Below are positions 48,748 to 58,567 of a DNA stretch of 64,000 nt, piece by piece. The DNA is taken from positions 1,256 to 65,255 of the forward strand of contig CAZTJY010000001.1 in NCBI GenBank assembly GCA_964613725.1, read 5' to 3'. Position numbers and translations under genes: made by a program. The notes below the pieces were generated by a model. The model saw only the letters and a list, made by a program, of their open reading frames with translations, was not told the origin of the DNA and did not search any database. How positions within the stretch are numbered: the stretch's first letter is position 1; each line of letters begins with the position of its first letter. The stretch comes from an uncultured Parapedobacter sp. Lineage in GTDB: Bacteria > Bacteroidota > Bacteroidia > Sphingobacteriales > Sphingobacteriaceae.

Positions 48748-50451
48748 ATGAAACACGTAACAATAACGATGTCAATACTCCTTCTGCTGGCGGCGACCAG
48801 CTGTGAGAAATTCCTCGATAGGGAGATCGAAACCAGCTACAACGAGGATGAAGTGTTCGTCAACTACGACAGGATGAGCCAGGCGGGCTATGGCGTCTAC
48901 ACGTTCCTCTTCAACCGCTTTGGGTTTCACCGTATAAACAACGCGATGCTGGCCTCCGCCTGTGATGAAGCAGATCACGCGAACGCCAGTTCGACCATAC
49001 ACCAGTTCAATAGGGGCACCTGGAACGCGACGGCCAACCCGGAAGACGGCTGGGCATATTTTTACCAAGGTATTCGGCGCGCGAATGTTTTCCTCGACAA
49101 ATCCATCGATTTTGAACAGATCATCTACCGCGACACACTCGACCCCGACAACAAAAACATGTATGAAACCCAGGTGCGTGACATCAAGTGGTTACGTGCA
49201 GAAGTCAGGTTCCTCCGAGCTTTTTACCACTTCGAATTGCTGAAACGATACGGTGGTATTCCGATCATCGAGCATTCGGAATACACCGACGACGAATTGC
49301 AACAAACATCCCGAGTTAGTTTCGATGAGTGTGTCGCCCACCTCGTGAACGAGTGCGATGAAACCATACCCGCACTCCGCGACACTTGGGTGGGGTTTGA
49401 ATCGAACAAGTGGCGCGGACGGGTAACGAAGGGCGCGGCGTATGCTTTGAAAGCTCGACTGCTCCTTTATGCAGCAAGTCCGCTCCATAACCCTACGAAC
49501 GCCGTAGAAAAATGGCAGGCGGCGGCGGAGGCGGCGCATGACGTAATCGCCTTGAACCAGTACGGGTTGCACGCCAACTACATGCAGTTATTCCGATTGG
49601 GAAATGGTGCCGATGGCAATACAGAAGTTATTTTTGCCCAACAGGGGTGGTCGCGGAACGACTTCGAACGGATGAACTACCCCATCGGTTATGACCAAGG
49701 CGGCCAGGGAAGCACCTGCCCCACACAAAACATGGTAGATGCCTACGAAATGAAAGCAACCGGTGCCGCAATTGGCGAGCCGGGATCGGGATATGACCCA
49801 TCCAATCCGTATGCCGGCCGGGACCCTAGGCTAGGCATGACCATACTGACCAACGGCGTCACATTCAAAGGGCGCCCACTTGAGCCATGGATAGGTGGAC
49901 TCGATGGCTTAGGCAAATTAAAAGGAACGACTACTGGTTATTACCTTCGGAAATTCGTTGACGAAAGCCTCAATCTGGCTCAAAACCAGACTAGTGTACA
50001 CACTTGGATACTTTTCAGGTATGCTGAAGTGCTGTTAAATTTTGCAGAAGCCATGAACGAAGCATATGGACCGGAGACAACTGCGGGTCTGAGCATGACG
50101 GCGAAAGCAGCGGTCGACATGGTACGTAGCCGCCCCGGGGTGGAAATGCCGACGCTCCCCCCTGGCCTCTCGCAAGCGGAAATGAGGCAACGCATCCGCA
50201 ACGAACGACAGGTAGAACTGGCGTTTGAAGAACATCGTTTTTTTGATGTACGCCGATGGAAAATAGCTGAACAAACGGAGAATCTACCCGCTATGGCGAT
50301 GCAAATAACGAAAAAGAGCGATAATACTTTTGATTACCTCGTCGTCAAAGCCGAAGACCGGAGATTTGAACCAAACATGTATTTGTACCCGATACCGGAA
50401 ATTGAAATCCTGAAAAGTAAGGGCGCACTAACACAAAATGAAGGATGGTAA
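48748..50451 (+). CDS. susD: SusD/RagB family lipoprotein (second)
   Basis: Lipobox ATSC; KGAAYALKARLLLYAAS, FRYAEVLLNFAEA, ERQVELAFEEHRFFDVRRW and QNEGW. Confidence 0.95.
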   Translation: MKHVTITMSILLLLAATSCEKFLDREIETSYNEDEVFVNYDRMSQAGYGVYTFLFNRFGFHRINNAMLASACDEADHANASSTIHQFNRGTWNATANPEDGWAYFYQGIRRANVFLDKSIDFEQIIYRDTLDPDNKNMYETQVRDIKWLRAEVRFLRAFYHFELLKRYGGIPIIEHSEYTDDELQQTSRVSFDECVAHLVNECDETIPALRDTWVGFESNKWRGRVTKGAAYALKARLLLYAASPLHNPTNAVEKWQAAAEAAHDVIALNQYGLHANYMQLFRLGNGADGNTEVIFAQQGWSRNDFERMNYPIGYDQGGQGSTCPTQNMVDAYEMKATGAAIGEPGSGYDPSNPYAGRDPRLGMTILTNGVTFKGRPLEPWIGGLDGLGKLKGTTTGYYLRKFVDESLNLAQNQTSVHTWILFRYAEVLLNFAEAMNEAYGPETTAGLSMTAKAAVDMVRSRPGVEMPTLPPGLSQAEMRQRIRNERQVELAFEEHRFFDVRRWKIAEQTENLPAMAMQITKKSDNTFDYLVVKAEDRRFEPNMYLYPIPEIEILKSKGALTQNEGW

Positions 50452-50461
50452 CCGTAAATAA

Positions 50462-52072
50462 ATGGAAAAAACCATGAAACGAATCTATACATTGTTAGCA
50501 GTAGCTGCGCTATATGCCAGTGCCTGCTCCGAAGCCTTAGTATTTCCCGAACTCGCTACGCCACCCATTCCCGAAGCAACAGATGCGGAGGCTAAACTCT
50601 TATGGATTGGCCCTGCTTACAAGGTGGCGTTACATACGGCGCTGGAAGACCCGGAAGGGATAACAACGGTCAGGATAACCAATAAAGTATGGCAGCTTGA
50701 CACATCGATTACGTTAAACCAACCCCATTCGTACGAACTAATAGACACCTTTTTGGTACCCAAGGACGTGAATCCGACGAAGCATGTCATCGAGCTGACA
50801 ACAACGAATAGCAAAGGTGGGATAGCCATCATCAAAATCGACGTGTTGGATCTTACGGCCGAAAATCAGATACCCGGCTATGATCCAGACGAACTCCCCC
50901 CTATTATTGACGTGACTAAGCCGACACTTACTAAATTCTTGGGTTTCGGAAACGAGCCGATCAGCATCGACGTTGAAGCGACGGTAAGCGATGAAGCCAT
51001 CGCCACCGTTGAAGTCCGCGTATGGGGCGAGACCGTAAGCGGGCAGCCTGTGCTGATGGAAGAAGTAATCAACTTGGAAGACGAAATTGATCATGTTGAA
51101 TACCATTACGCTAACACGTTCGAGCTACCTATCGATGAGCCCGGACGCTACCAATATGTGGTGCGGGCACTTGACGTCTCGGGCAACCGCGCTGTAAAAG
51201 GCGGCAATATTTCCATCGGTTTCGTCGACCGGCTCTACCTGTCAGACGCCGAAAACGAAGACGAAGTATTAAACCAAGGATACGACCACATGGGAGGGTG
51301 CCGCGGTATCGGCACCATCATGTCCATGCAACGCCAAGGGACGAATGTATTTGTCGCTGACATCTACTATCCTAGCCAACCTACCGACAACATTCGCTTC
51401 GTGGCATTCTTAGATAACGACAAACCGTTCCTGAATAGTGGTGGCAACCAAGCCCAGATCAATTACTCCCTCACCGGTGAGAATGTCGTGGCGATGACAG
51501 CGCTGACACCCGGTAAGTTGACCAGTAATCTTTCGGAAGCGTCGTTCAAACTTCCCGTTTCACAAAGCGGATACTATCGGGTAACCGTCAATATGAGCAC
51601 GCGAGAAGTACAGGCAACATCTATTTCACCCACCATCAATGCATCCGACCAAGTGAAATACCCGGGTTGGTCGGCCGATACCCCATGGCCTTATATCGCG
51701 GTCACCGGTAATACAGTCGACGGAGGCGGTGGCGGATGGACGGAAACGGCTACATCGCCGCAACTCACATTGGAAGAGGGTACACGATATCGGTATTCGG
51801 GTACATTCCGTACGAATGGTGGTTCAGCCAATATGAGCTTAAATGCGCCATTAAGCGCCAATGACGACGTATGGGGCAAAGGATGGTTTCGCTTGGAGTC
51901 GGCACGGGCAAATATGGTCGACGATTACGGTGACCTCATCACCAAGGTTGCACCAATAGGCCCCAGTACCGGCGGTGCCAATTGGGGTTTTTCGACAGCT
52001 CCTGCTGGAACCTATAAAGCAACCTATGACCTTGCGTTGAACAGGTTTCGAATTGTGCGGATAGGTAATTGA
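50462..52072 (+). CDS. Surface glycan-binding lipoprotein candidate (SusE/F-position)
   Basis: Lipobox ASAC; Ig-like beta domains followed by Trp-rich domains ending GYYRVTVN and GTYKATYDL; directly after susD. Confidence 0.65.
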   Translation: MEKTMKRIYTLLAVAALYASACSEALVFPELATPPIPEATDAEAKLLWIGPAYKVALHTALEDPEGITTVRITNKVWQLDTSITLNQPHSYELIDTFLVPKDVNPTKHVIELTTTNSKGGIAIIKIDVLDLTAENQIPGYDPDELPPIIDVTKPTLTKFLGFGNEPISIDVEATVSDEAIATVEVRVWGETVSGQPVLMEEVINLEDEIDHVEYHYANTFELPIDEPGRYQYVVRALDVSGNRAVKGGNISIGFVDRLYLSDAENEDEVLNQGYDHMGGCRGIGTIMSMQRQGTNVFVADIYYPSQPTDNIRFVAFLDNDKPFLNSGGNQAQINYSLTGENVVAMTALTPGKLTSNLSEASFKLPVSQSGYYRVTVNMSTREVQATSISPTINASDQVKYPGWSADTPWPYIAVTGNTVDGGGGGWTETATSPQLTLEEGTRYRYSGTFRTNGGSANMSLNAPLSANDDVWGKGWFRLESARANMVDDYGDLITKVAPIGPSTGGANWGFSTAPAGTYKATYDLALNRFRIVRIGN

Positions 52073-52079
52073 CAATTTT

Positions 52080-53690
52080 ATGAGAAATCGAATAAATTCA
52101 GCTTTTATTTTAATTTTATGCCTTTCAAGTATGGTCATCTGCACGGCAGTTGCAGTGGCCTGCGACAAACCAAAAAATCACCACCAAGAAAAGGAACAAG
52201 TAGTCATTACATTGAACATCGATGACGAGGCACAAACCATCCACAGTTTCGGTGCTTCCGATTGTTGGACCACTAAATTTGTGGGAACATGGAGCGATGA
52301 ATCCAAAAAAAATCAGGTGGCCGACTACCTGTTCAGTACCGACACACTGGACAACGGAAGCCCAAAGGGCATCGGACTGACCCTATGGCGCTTTAATATC
52401 GGTGGTGGTAGCTGGGAGCAAGGGGAAGACAGCGGTATTACCGATGAATGGCGCCGCGAGGAATGTTTCCTGAGCAGCGACGGCACGTACAACTGGAACC
52501 GGCAGGCTGGTCAACAGTGGTTTTTGCAAGCCGCACGGCAACGAAATGTACCCTATACATTAGGATTTTCACTGACTGCCCCCGTGCAAATGACACGCAA
52601 CGGAAAGGCTTTCCATGGTGGCCAAACCCCTGACCTTAACATTGAAGAGGGGCGCATGCCTAGCTATGCCGACTTTCTAGCTCAGGTCGCCAAACATTTC
52701 GATTTCGATTACTTAAGCCCGATCAACGAGCCACAATGGCGATGGGGTAGCGGCGATAAATCCAGCCAAGAAGGCACACAAGCACTCAATAGCGATGTGG
52801 CGGAATTGACAAGACTTCTATCGCCTAGATTAAAAGGGACAGACATCGAGATTGTCGTTGGTGAAGCTGGGCAGTGGGATTACCTATTTAGTAAAAACGA
52901 AGATGGCCACGGTAATCAAATCACCGAATTTTTCTCGTCCTCATCATCAAACTACTTGGGCGATGTGCCGCATGTAGCACCCATTATCTCGGGGCACAGC
53001 TACTTCTCCACCTGCCCGGTCAACACGTTGATCAACACGCGGCAATTAGTCGCCGAAGAGATAAAACGTGTATCACCTGCATTGGAAGTTTGGCAAACCG
53101 AATTTGGCATATTGGGGAACATCTGTGACCGTTATCGTGGAGCGCCTAGGCGAACAGATATCGACTATGGATTATATGTGGCTACAGTCATCCATCACGA
53201 CCTGTGTATTGCCAACGTAAGCTCGTGGCACTGGTGGTTGGCCGTCAGTCCCTACGATTACAGCGATGCATTGGTCTACATCAACTCATCAACTGGCAAT
53301 ATCAATCCGAGTGCCGTAAAACACGACGGCGAAATATTGGATTCAAAACAATTGTGGGCCTTGGGTAATTATGCACGTTTCATCCGACCCGGCATGGTCC
53401 GGATAGGGACGGAAGTGACAGGAATTTACAGTTCGCAAACAGCTGCGGAAAAACTGATGGTTTCGGCTTATAAGGATGTTGACCAAGGAAGAGTGGTCGT
53501 TGTCGTGATAAACCCCGAAGGCACTTCTAAAGGGCTGTCTGTCCAAGATGGCGAGGGTAACCCGTTGCTTGCGCACCGTCGATGGAACGCCTACATCACC
53601 GATAGGAACCGTAACCTTGAAAAGGCAACTGTAGACGTCGATGGATGGGTAGTGCCTCCATATTCGATTACGACATTGGTGACTTTTTGA
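52080..53690 (+). CDS. Glycoside hydrolase family 30 lipoprotein
   Basis: QTIHSFGASD, GIGLTLWRFNIGGG, acid/base INEP, nucleophile WQTEF and NYARFIRPG. Confidence 0.85.
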   Translation: MRNRINSAFILILCLSSMVICTAVAVACDKPKNHHQEKEQVVITLNIDDEAQTIHSFGASDCWTTKFVGTWSDESKKNQVADYLFSTDTLDNGSPKGIGLTLWRFNIGGGSWEQGEDSGITDEWRREECFLSSDGTYNWNRQAGQQWFLQAARQRNVPYTLGFSLTAPVQMTRNGKAFHGGQTPDLNIEEGRMPSYADFLAQVAKHFDFDYLSPINEPQWRWGSGDKSSQEGTQALNSDVAELTRLLSPRLKGTDIEIVVGEAGQWDYLFSKNEDGHGNQITEFFSSSSSNYLGDVPHVAPIISGHSYFSTCPVNTLINTRQLVAEEIKRVSPALEVWQTEFGILGNICDRYRGAPRRTDIDYGLYVATVIHHDLCIANVSSWHWWLAVSPYDYSDALVYINSSTGNINPSAVKHDGEILDSKQLWALGNYARFIRPGMVRIGTEVTGIYSSQTAAEKLMVSAYKDVDQGRVVVVVINPEGTSKGLSVQDGEGNPLLAHRRWNAYITDRNRNLEKATVDVDGWVVPPYSITTLVTF

Positions 53691-53705
53691 ATCTAAATAT
53701 ATTTG
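53676..53705 (+). promoter_or_regulatory. Putative internal primary-sigma promoter (TTG-N19-TATATTTG) before GH2
   Basis: TTG at 53676 and TATATTTG at 53698-53705, 20 nt before ATG 53726. Confidence 0.5.
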
Positions 53706-53725
53706 CAGAATCCATACCTTTTTTC

Positions 53726-56509
53726 ATGAACAAAAAAACAAGTTTTCTTTCCATAGGCTTCCTTACGCTACTCACAACCGTTCTTCATGCCCAGTCGCAA
53801 CAAGTGGGCAGTAAACATGCGTCAATGCCGATCTCGCTGCACGGTATCTGGAACTTCAAACTCGATCCATTCGACACGGGCGTTAATAGCAACGGCGTCC
53901 AATTGCTCCCTCAATTACCAGAAACCATTATGCTACCGGGCTCTACTGATGAAGGGGGGAAAGGCATAAGGACTCAAGGCATGACATCCATTCGGCTAAC
54001 GCGTGCTTTTGAGTATAAAGGAGCCGCTTGGTATGAAAAAGAAATCTATATTCCGTCCAAATGGCAAGGTAAAGTCGTCAAGCTATTTCTCGAGCGAGCC
54101 CATTGGGAGACTCAAGTATGGGTAAACGGCCGCAATGTGGGCCGGAGGGAGAGCCTCTCGGTGCCGCACCTTTACGATATCACTGCCCAAGCAAAACCAG
54201 GCACGAAAAACAAAATCCGAATACGCGTCGATAATCAATCGATATACAATCTCGAATACGCACATGCAGTTAGCGCAGAAACTCAAACCAATTGGAACGG
54301 CATCATTGGTGATATGCACATCCAAGCCTTTGACAAAGTGCATATTGAAGATGTACAGGTATACCCCGATGGAGCAACCAAAACAGCCAACGTAAAGCTA
54401 AGCATCCGAAATGCAACGGGTAACGCGGTAACTGGTACACTTCATTTTTCGGGTCACACCACGAACAATGCACAACCATTGAATATCCCTCGGAAAGACA
54501 CGCATTTCAGCAGCAAGGATTCAGTTATTATCGTCGAGACCGAGCTTCCCTTAGGGCCGGAAATCCAACGCTGGGATGAATTCAATCCCTATAAATACCA
54601 GTTACTAGTCGGTCTAACGGCCAGAGACGATTCGGCCAACTACAGCGATATGCAGGAGGCGACATTTGGCGTTCGCGAACTAAGTACACAGGGCACTCAA
54701 TTCCTGTTTAATGGGCGGCCGACATTCATTCGGGCAACCGTCAACTGTGCCGAATTTCCATTGACTGGCTATCCGCCCACCGATGTAGAGGAGTGGCTAC
54801 GGATACTGGGTACATGCAAAGCATACGGACTGAACGGGATGCGTTTCCATACATGGTGTCCGCCGAGAGCGGCATTTGAAGCGGCAGATCAATTGGGCAT
54901 GTACCTCCAAGTAGAGAATCCAGATTGGCGGTTTACAGTAGGTAAGGATACGGCCGTAAACCGCTTCATGAAGGAAGAGGCGGAAAGAATCTTAGCAATG
55001 TACGGCAATCACCCTTCCTTTGTGATGTTCTGCGAAGGCAACGAAATGGTGGGACCGACGGTCAGGGAGTTCTTGAGCAGCCAAGTCTCGCATTGGGAAG
55101 AAATAGACCCTCGGCGCCTTTATACAGGAAGCGCGGCTTATCCGCAAGTACCCGAAAGCCAATACCATGTGCTCTACGGTGCGCGGCCACACAGGTGGAA
55201 GGAAGGCCTTAAAAGCCGCTTCAACGTGGCCCCGCTAAACACGCAGTATGATTATTCCGACTATGTGACCAAATACGATGTGCCTATCATTACTCATGAA
55301 GTTGGGCAATGGTGCGTGTACCCCAATTTTGATGAAATCGCCAAATATAAAGGGGTACTCAAACCCTATAACTATGAATTGTTCAGGGAGTTGCTCCGCG
55401 ACCGGAACATGCTGGACCAAGCCGAGCAGTTCACGATGGCCTCTGGCAAGTTTCATGTCATTCTCAAAAAAGAAGAAGTCGAATCTTATTTGCGTACGCC
55501 CGGGTTCGGTGGATATCACATGCTGCAACTCAATGATTTCCCAGGGCAAGGTACGGCACCTGTCGGCGTGGTCGACATCTTCTGGGACCCGAAGCCTTAT
55601 GTAACAGCGGAAGAGTTCAGCACATTCCAAGCTGCCCATGTACCGTTACTTCGCACGGAATCATTCACCTGGACCAATGACCAGACTTTTACAGCGCAGG
55701 TCCAATTTGCTAACTTCGGCGAAACAGACCTTGTGGACGCGATGGTACAATGGACACTGAATTATCCCGACGGCACCCCCTATGCAAAGGGTAATTTCCC
55801 ACGTACAAGTATACCGATTGGCAGTCCGAATGACATTGGGGAACTTGCCATTCCGCTGAATGGGGTTGACCGCGCTGTCCGATTACAGCTACATGTGCAA
55901 GTCGAAGGCGCCGATTATCGAAACCAGTGGAATATTTGGGTATACCCCAAACAATTGGACGATGTGAGCCATCAATCCTTCCGGATTGCGTACACATGGG
56001 ATAAAAAAACAAAAGCGTACCTAAAGAAAGGTGAAACGGTACTCCTATTGGCTGATACTGCCGCTATCGCTGGCAATGCCGATCCCGTGTTCTCCGGTAT
56101 ATCGTGGAATACCGTATGGTCGGGTATGCCGCCCAACCTGTTAGGTATACTGTGTAATCCGATGCACCCCGCGTTGACCCACTTCCCTACCGAACAACAT
56201 TCCAATTGGCAATGGTGGGACGCAGTACGGCACTCGAAACCCATGCTGTTGGACCATACGCCCTTTGGATTCAAGCCTATCGTGCAAATGATTCCCGATT
56301 GGAACAATCCACGGAAAATCGGGCTTATATTCGAGGCAAAAGTGGGCAATGGCAACCTGGTTGTGAGTGCAGTAGATCTAGTCAATAACCTCGATCAGCG
56401 GCCCGTAGCGCGGCAACTACTGCATAGTTTAGAGCGCTATGTAGCAAGTGGTGCGTGTACGCCTACAGACGAATTGACCGTGGATATGATTGACCAACTA
56501 TTTAATTAA
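53726..56509 (+). CDS. Glycoside hydrolase family 2 protein
   Basis: Signal peptide; ISLHGIWNF, GAAWYEKEI, VWVNG, FGVRE, RFHTWCPP, GNHPSFVMFCEGNE and ITHEVGQW. Confidence 0.88.
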   Translation: MNKKTSFLSIGFLTLLTTVLHAQSQQVGSKHASMPISLHGIWNFKLDPFDTGVNSNGVQLLPQLPETIMLPGSTDEGGKGIRTQGMTSIRLTRAFEYKGAAWYEKEIYIPSKWQGKVVKLFLERAHWETQVWVNGRNVGRRESLSVPHLYDITAQAKPGTKNKIRIRVDNQSIYNLEYAHAVSAETQTNWNGIIGDMHIQAFDKVHIEDVQVYPDGATKTANVKLSIRNATGNAVTGTLHFSGHTTNNAQPLNIPRKDTHFSSKDSVIIVETELPLGPEIQRWDEFNPYKYQLLVGLTARDDSANYSDMQEATFGVRELSTQGTQFLFNGRPTFIRATVNCAEFPLTGYPPTDVEEWLRILGTCKAYGLNGMRFHTWCPPRAAFEAADQLGMYLQVENPDWRFTVGKDTAVNRFMKEEAERILAMYGNHPSFVMFCEGNEMVGPTVREFLSSQVSHWEEIDPRRLYTGSAAYPQVPESQYHVLYGARPHRWKEGLKSRFNVAPLNTQYDYSDYVTKYDVPIITHEVGQWCVYPNFDEIAKYKGVLKPYNYELFRELLRDRNMLDQAEQFTMASGKFHVILKKEEVESYLRTPGFGGYHMLQLNDFPGQGTAPVGVVDIFWDPKPYVTAEEFSTFQAAHVPLLRTESFTWTNDQTFTAQVQFANFGETDLVDAMVQWTLNYPDGTPYAKGNFPRTSIPIGSPNDIGELAIPLNGVDRAVRLQLHVQVEGADYRNQWNIWVYPKQLDDVSHQSFRIAYTWDKKTKAYLKKGETVLLLADTAAIAGNADPVFSGISWNTVWSGMPPNLLGILCNPMHPALTHFPTEQHSNWQWWDAVRHSKPMLLDHTPFGFKPIVQMIPDWNNPRKIGLIFEAKVGNGNLVVSAVDLVNNLDQRPVARQLLHSLERYVASGACTPTDELTVDMIDQLFN

Positions 56510-56513
56510 AAAC

Positions 56514-57227
56514 ATGTTTACTATCGTATACAGAATCACACTGCTACACATCTTGCTGCTTCCATCATTGACTGCACGCTCACAAGCTGACCCAACGGTA
56601 TATTTAACCGATATCAAAACACAGTTGATGGTGAAATGGCCTCATAATCGTACCATTAATCTGGTGTTCCACGGCCATTCGGTACCTACAGGATACTTCA
56701 ACACACCAAATGTTCGAACATTAGATGCATATCCCCATCAATTACTTGAGCAGTTGAAGAAAAAATACCCCTATGCAGTCATCAACACCATAACGACGTC
56801 AATTGGTGGTGAGAACGCCGAACAAGGAGCTAGACGATTCACCAAGGACGTGTTGGTGCATAAACCCGATGTTTTATTCATAGATTATGCATTAAATGAC
56901 CGTCAGATTGGGTTAACGCGTGCGAGGAAAGCAACCGAAAAAATGGTAAAAAAAGCAGTCAAGAGGGGCATCAAGGTGATTTTATTGACGCCTTCGCCTG
57001 ATTTGGCCACTAATTGGACGCACCCAGGCAATGAACTAGCAGCCCACAGGATCCAACTTATTGAACTTGCTACCACCTATGGAGTTGGTATTATCGATAT
57101 TTATGGCAGCTTTAAGGACATGGCCGAAAATCACATAGATGTCAAAGGGTATATGGCTCAATCCAACCACCCCAACCGGGAAGGGCATCGCATCATTGCC
57201 CAAGCGCTCCTTGAATTTTTTGAATAG
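56514..57227 (+). CDS. SGNH/GDSL hydrolase (probable carbohydrate esterase)
   Basis: Block I FHGHSV, block III DYALND and block V NHPNREGH. Confidence 0.85.
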   Translation: MFTIVYRITLLHILLLPSLTARSQADPTVYLTDIKTQLMVKWPHNRTINLVFHGHSVPTGYFNTPNVRTLDAYPHQLLEQLKKKYPYAVINTITTSIGGENAEQGARRFTKDVLVHKPDVLFIDYALNDRQIGLTRARKATEKMVKKAVKRGIKVILLTPSPDLATNWTHPGNELAAHRIQLIELATTYGVGIIDIYGSFKDMAENHIDVKGYMAQSNHPNREGHRIIAQALLEFFE

Positions 57228-57259
57228 TTTAATTTATATTTATACTCAAGCCGATCAAT

Positions 57260-58549
57260 ATGTTTAATCTGAAATCCACACTGCTCATTTGCCTTACCTG
57301 CCACGTAATGGTCAATAATATACATGCACAGCCCTGTATCAAACAAACATTGAAGCCCGATCAACGGCTGCTCCATCAAATTGAAGGGTACCTCGACGAG
57401 TCCGTAACACAGTACAAATACCTGATGGAACTATTGCCTGATGGACAATTACCGCGGACTTATGAAAACGGACAACTGCTCACCACCAGCCCTTATGGGT
57501 GGGTAAGTGGCTTTTACCCCGGCACCCTATTGTATTTATATGAATTCGCTGCCGACAGCACATTATTGAATGAGATACATAAGTACCTAAACGTACTTGA
57601 GCCATTGCAAATGGTGACGAATCACCACGATCTGGGTTTCATGATGTATTGTAGCTTCGGCAACGCCTATCGTTTATTCCACGAGCCCCGGCACCGAGAT
57701 ATACTGGCCCAGTCGGCCCAGTCGTTAGCCAGTAGGTTCTACCCTTCAGTCGGCTCCATCAAATCGTGGGAGAAAGTGAAATCGCTCGATGGGACACATA
57801 CATTGGAATTTCCGGTGATTATTGATAACATGATGAACCTGGAGCTGCTGTTTTTTGCATCGAAGATTACCAATGACCCCCGCTTCCGCGAAATCGCAAT
57901 ATCCCATGCCGAAAACACGATACGTGACCACCTCCGACCGGATTACAGCAGTTACCATGTGGTTAACTATGACGTAGCGACGGGAAAGGTACTAAGCCGG
58001 GAGACACAGCAAGGTTATGCGCACAACTCGGCGTGGTCGCGCGGGCAAGCGTGGGGTATTTATGGTTTCACTATGACCTACCGCGAAACCGCGAAGAAGA
58101 AATACTTAAAAGTGGCACAAAAAATGGCAGACTATTTCATTAACCACGAAAATCTGCCCGAAGACAAAATTCCGTATTGGGATTTCCACGCCGAGCAACC
58201 TGGATACACACCGCCTCAGGGCTACAATCCGGGCCAGTATGAAGCGGTGCCGCGCGACGCGTCTGCGGCTGCGATCGTGGCTTCCGCGCTGATCGAACTC
58301 GCCTCATATGTCGATAAAAAAACGAGCAAAAAATACCTCGGCACCGCTGAGCAAATATTGCAATCCCTATCCGCTCCATCTTACCGGGCTGCGGCCGGTA
58401 CCAACGGAGGCTTCTTATTGCAGCACAGCTCGGGGGGAGTACCAGGCAATATCGAAGTAGACGTACCGCTCAGCTATGCAGATTACTATTATGTAGAAGC
58501 CCTGATGCGGTATCGGAAACTTGGAAATAAACGAAAAATTGACCAATAA
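57260..58549 (+). CDS. Unsaturated glucuronyl hydrolase, GH88
   Basis: WVSGFYPG, HDLGF, VIIDNMMNLELLF, WSRGQAWGIYG, RDASAAA and YADYYYVEAL. Confidence 0.93.
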   Translation: MFNLKSTLLICLTCHVMVNNIHAQPCIKQTLKPDQRLLHQIEGYLDESVTQYKYLMELLPDGQLPRTYENGQLLTTSPYGWVSGFYPGTLLYLYEFAADSTLLNEIHKYLNVLEPLQMVTNHHDLGFMMYCSFGNAYRLFHEPRHRDILAQSAQSLASRFYPSVGSIKSWEKVKSLDGTHTLEFPVIIDNMMNLELLFFASKITNDPRFREIAISHAENTIRDHLRPDYSSYHVVNYDVATGKVLSRETQQGYAHNSAWSRGQAWGIYGFTMTYRETAKKKYLKVAQKMADYFINHENLPEDKIPYWDFHAEQPGYTPPQGYNPGQYEAVPRDASAAAIVASALIELASYVDKKTSKKYLGTAEQILQSLSAPSYRAAAGTNGGFLLQHSSGGVPGNIEVDVPLSYADYYYVEALMRYRKLGNKRKIDQ

Positions 58550-58567
58550 TTGTAGGGAGGAACCGTG

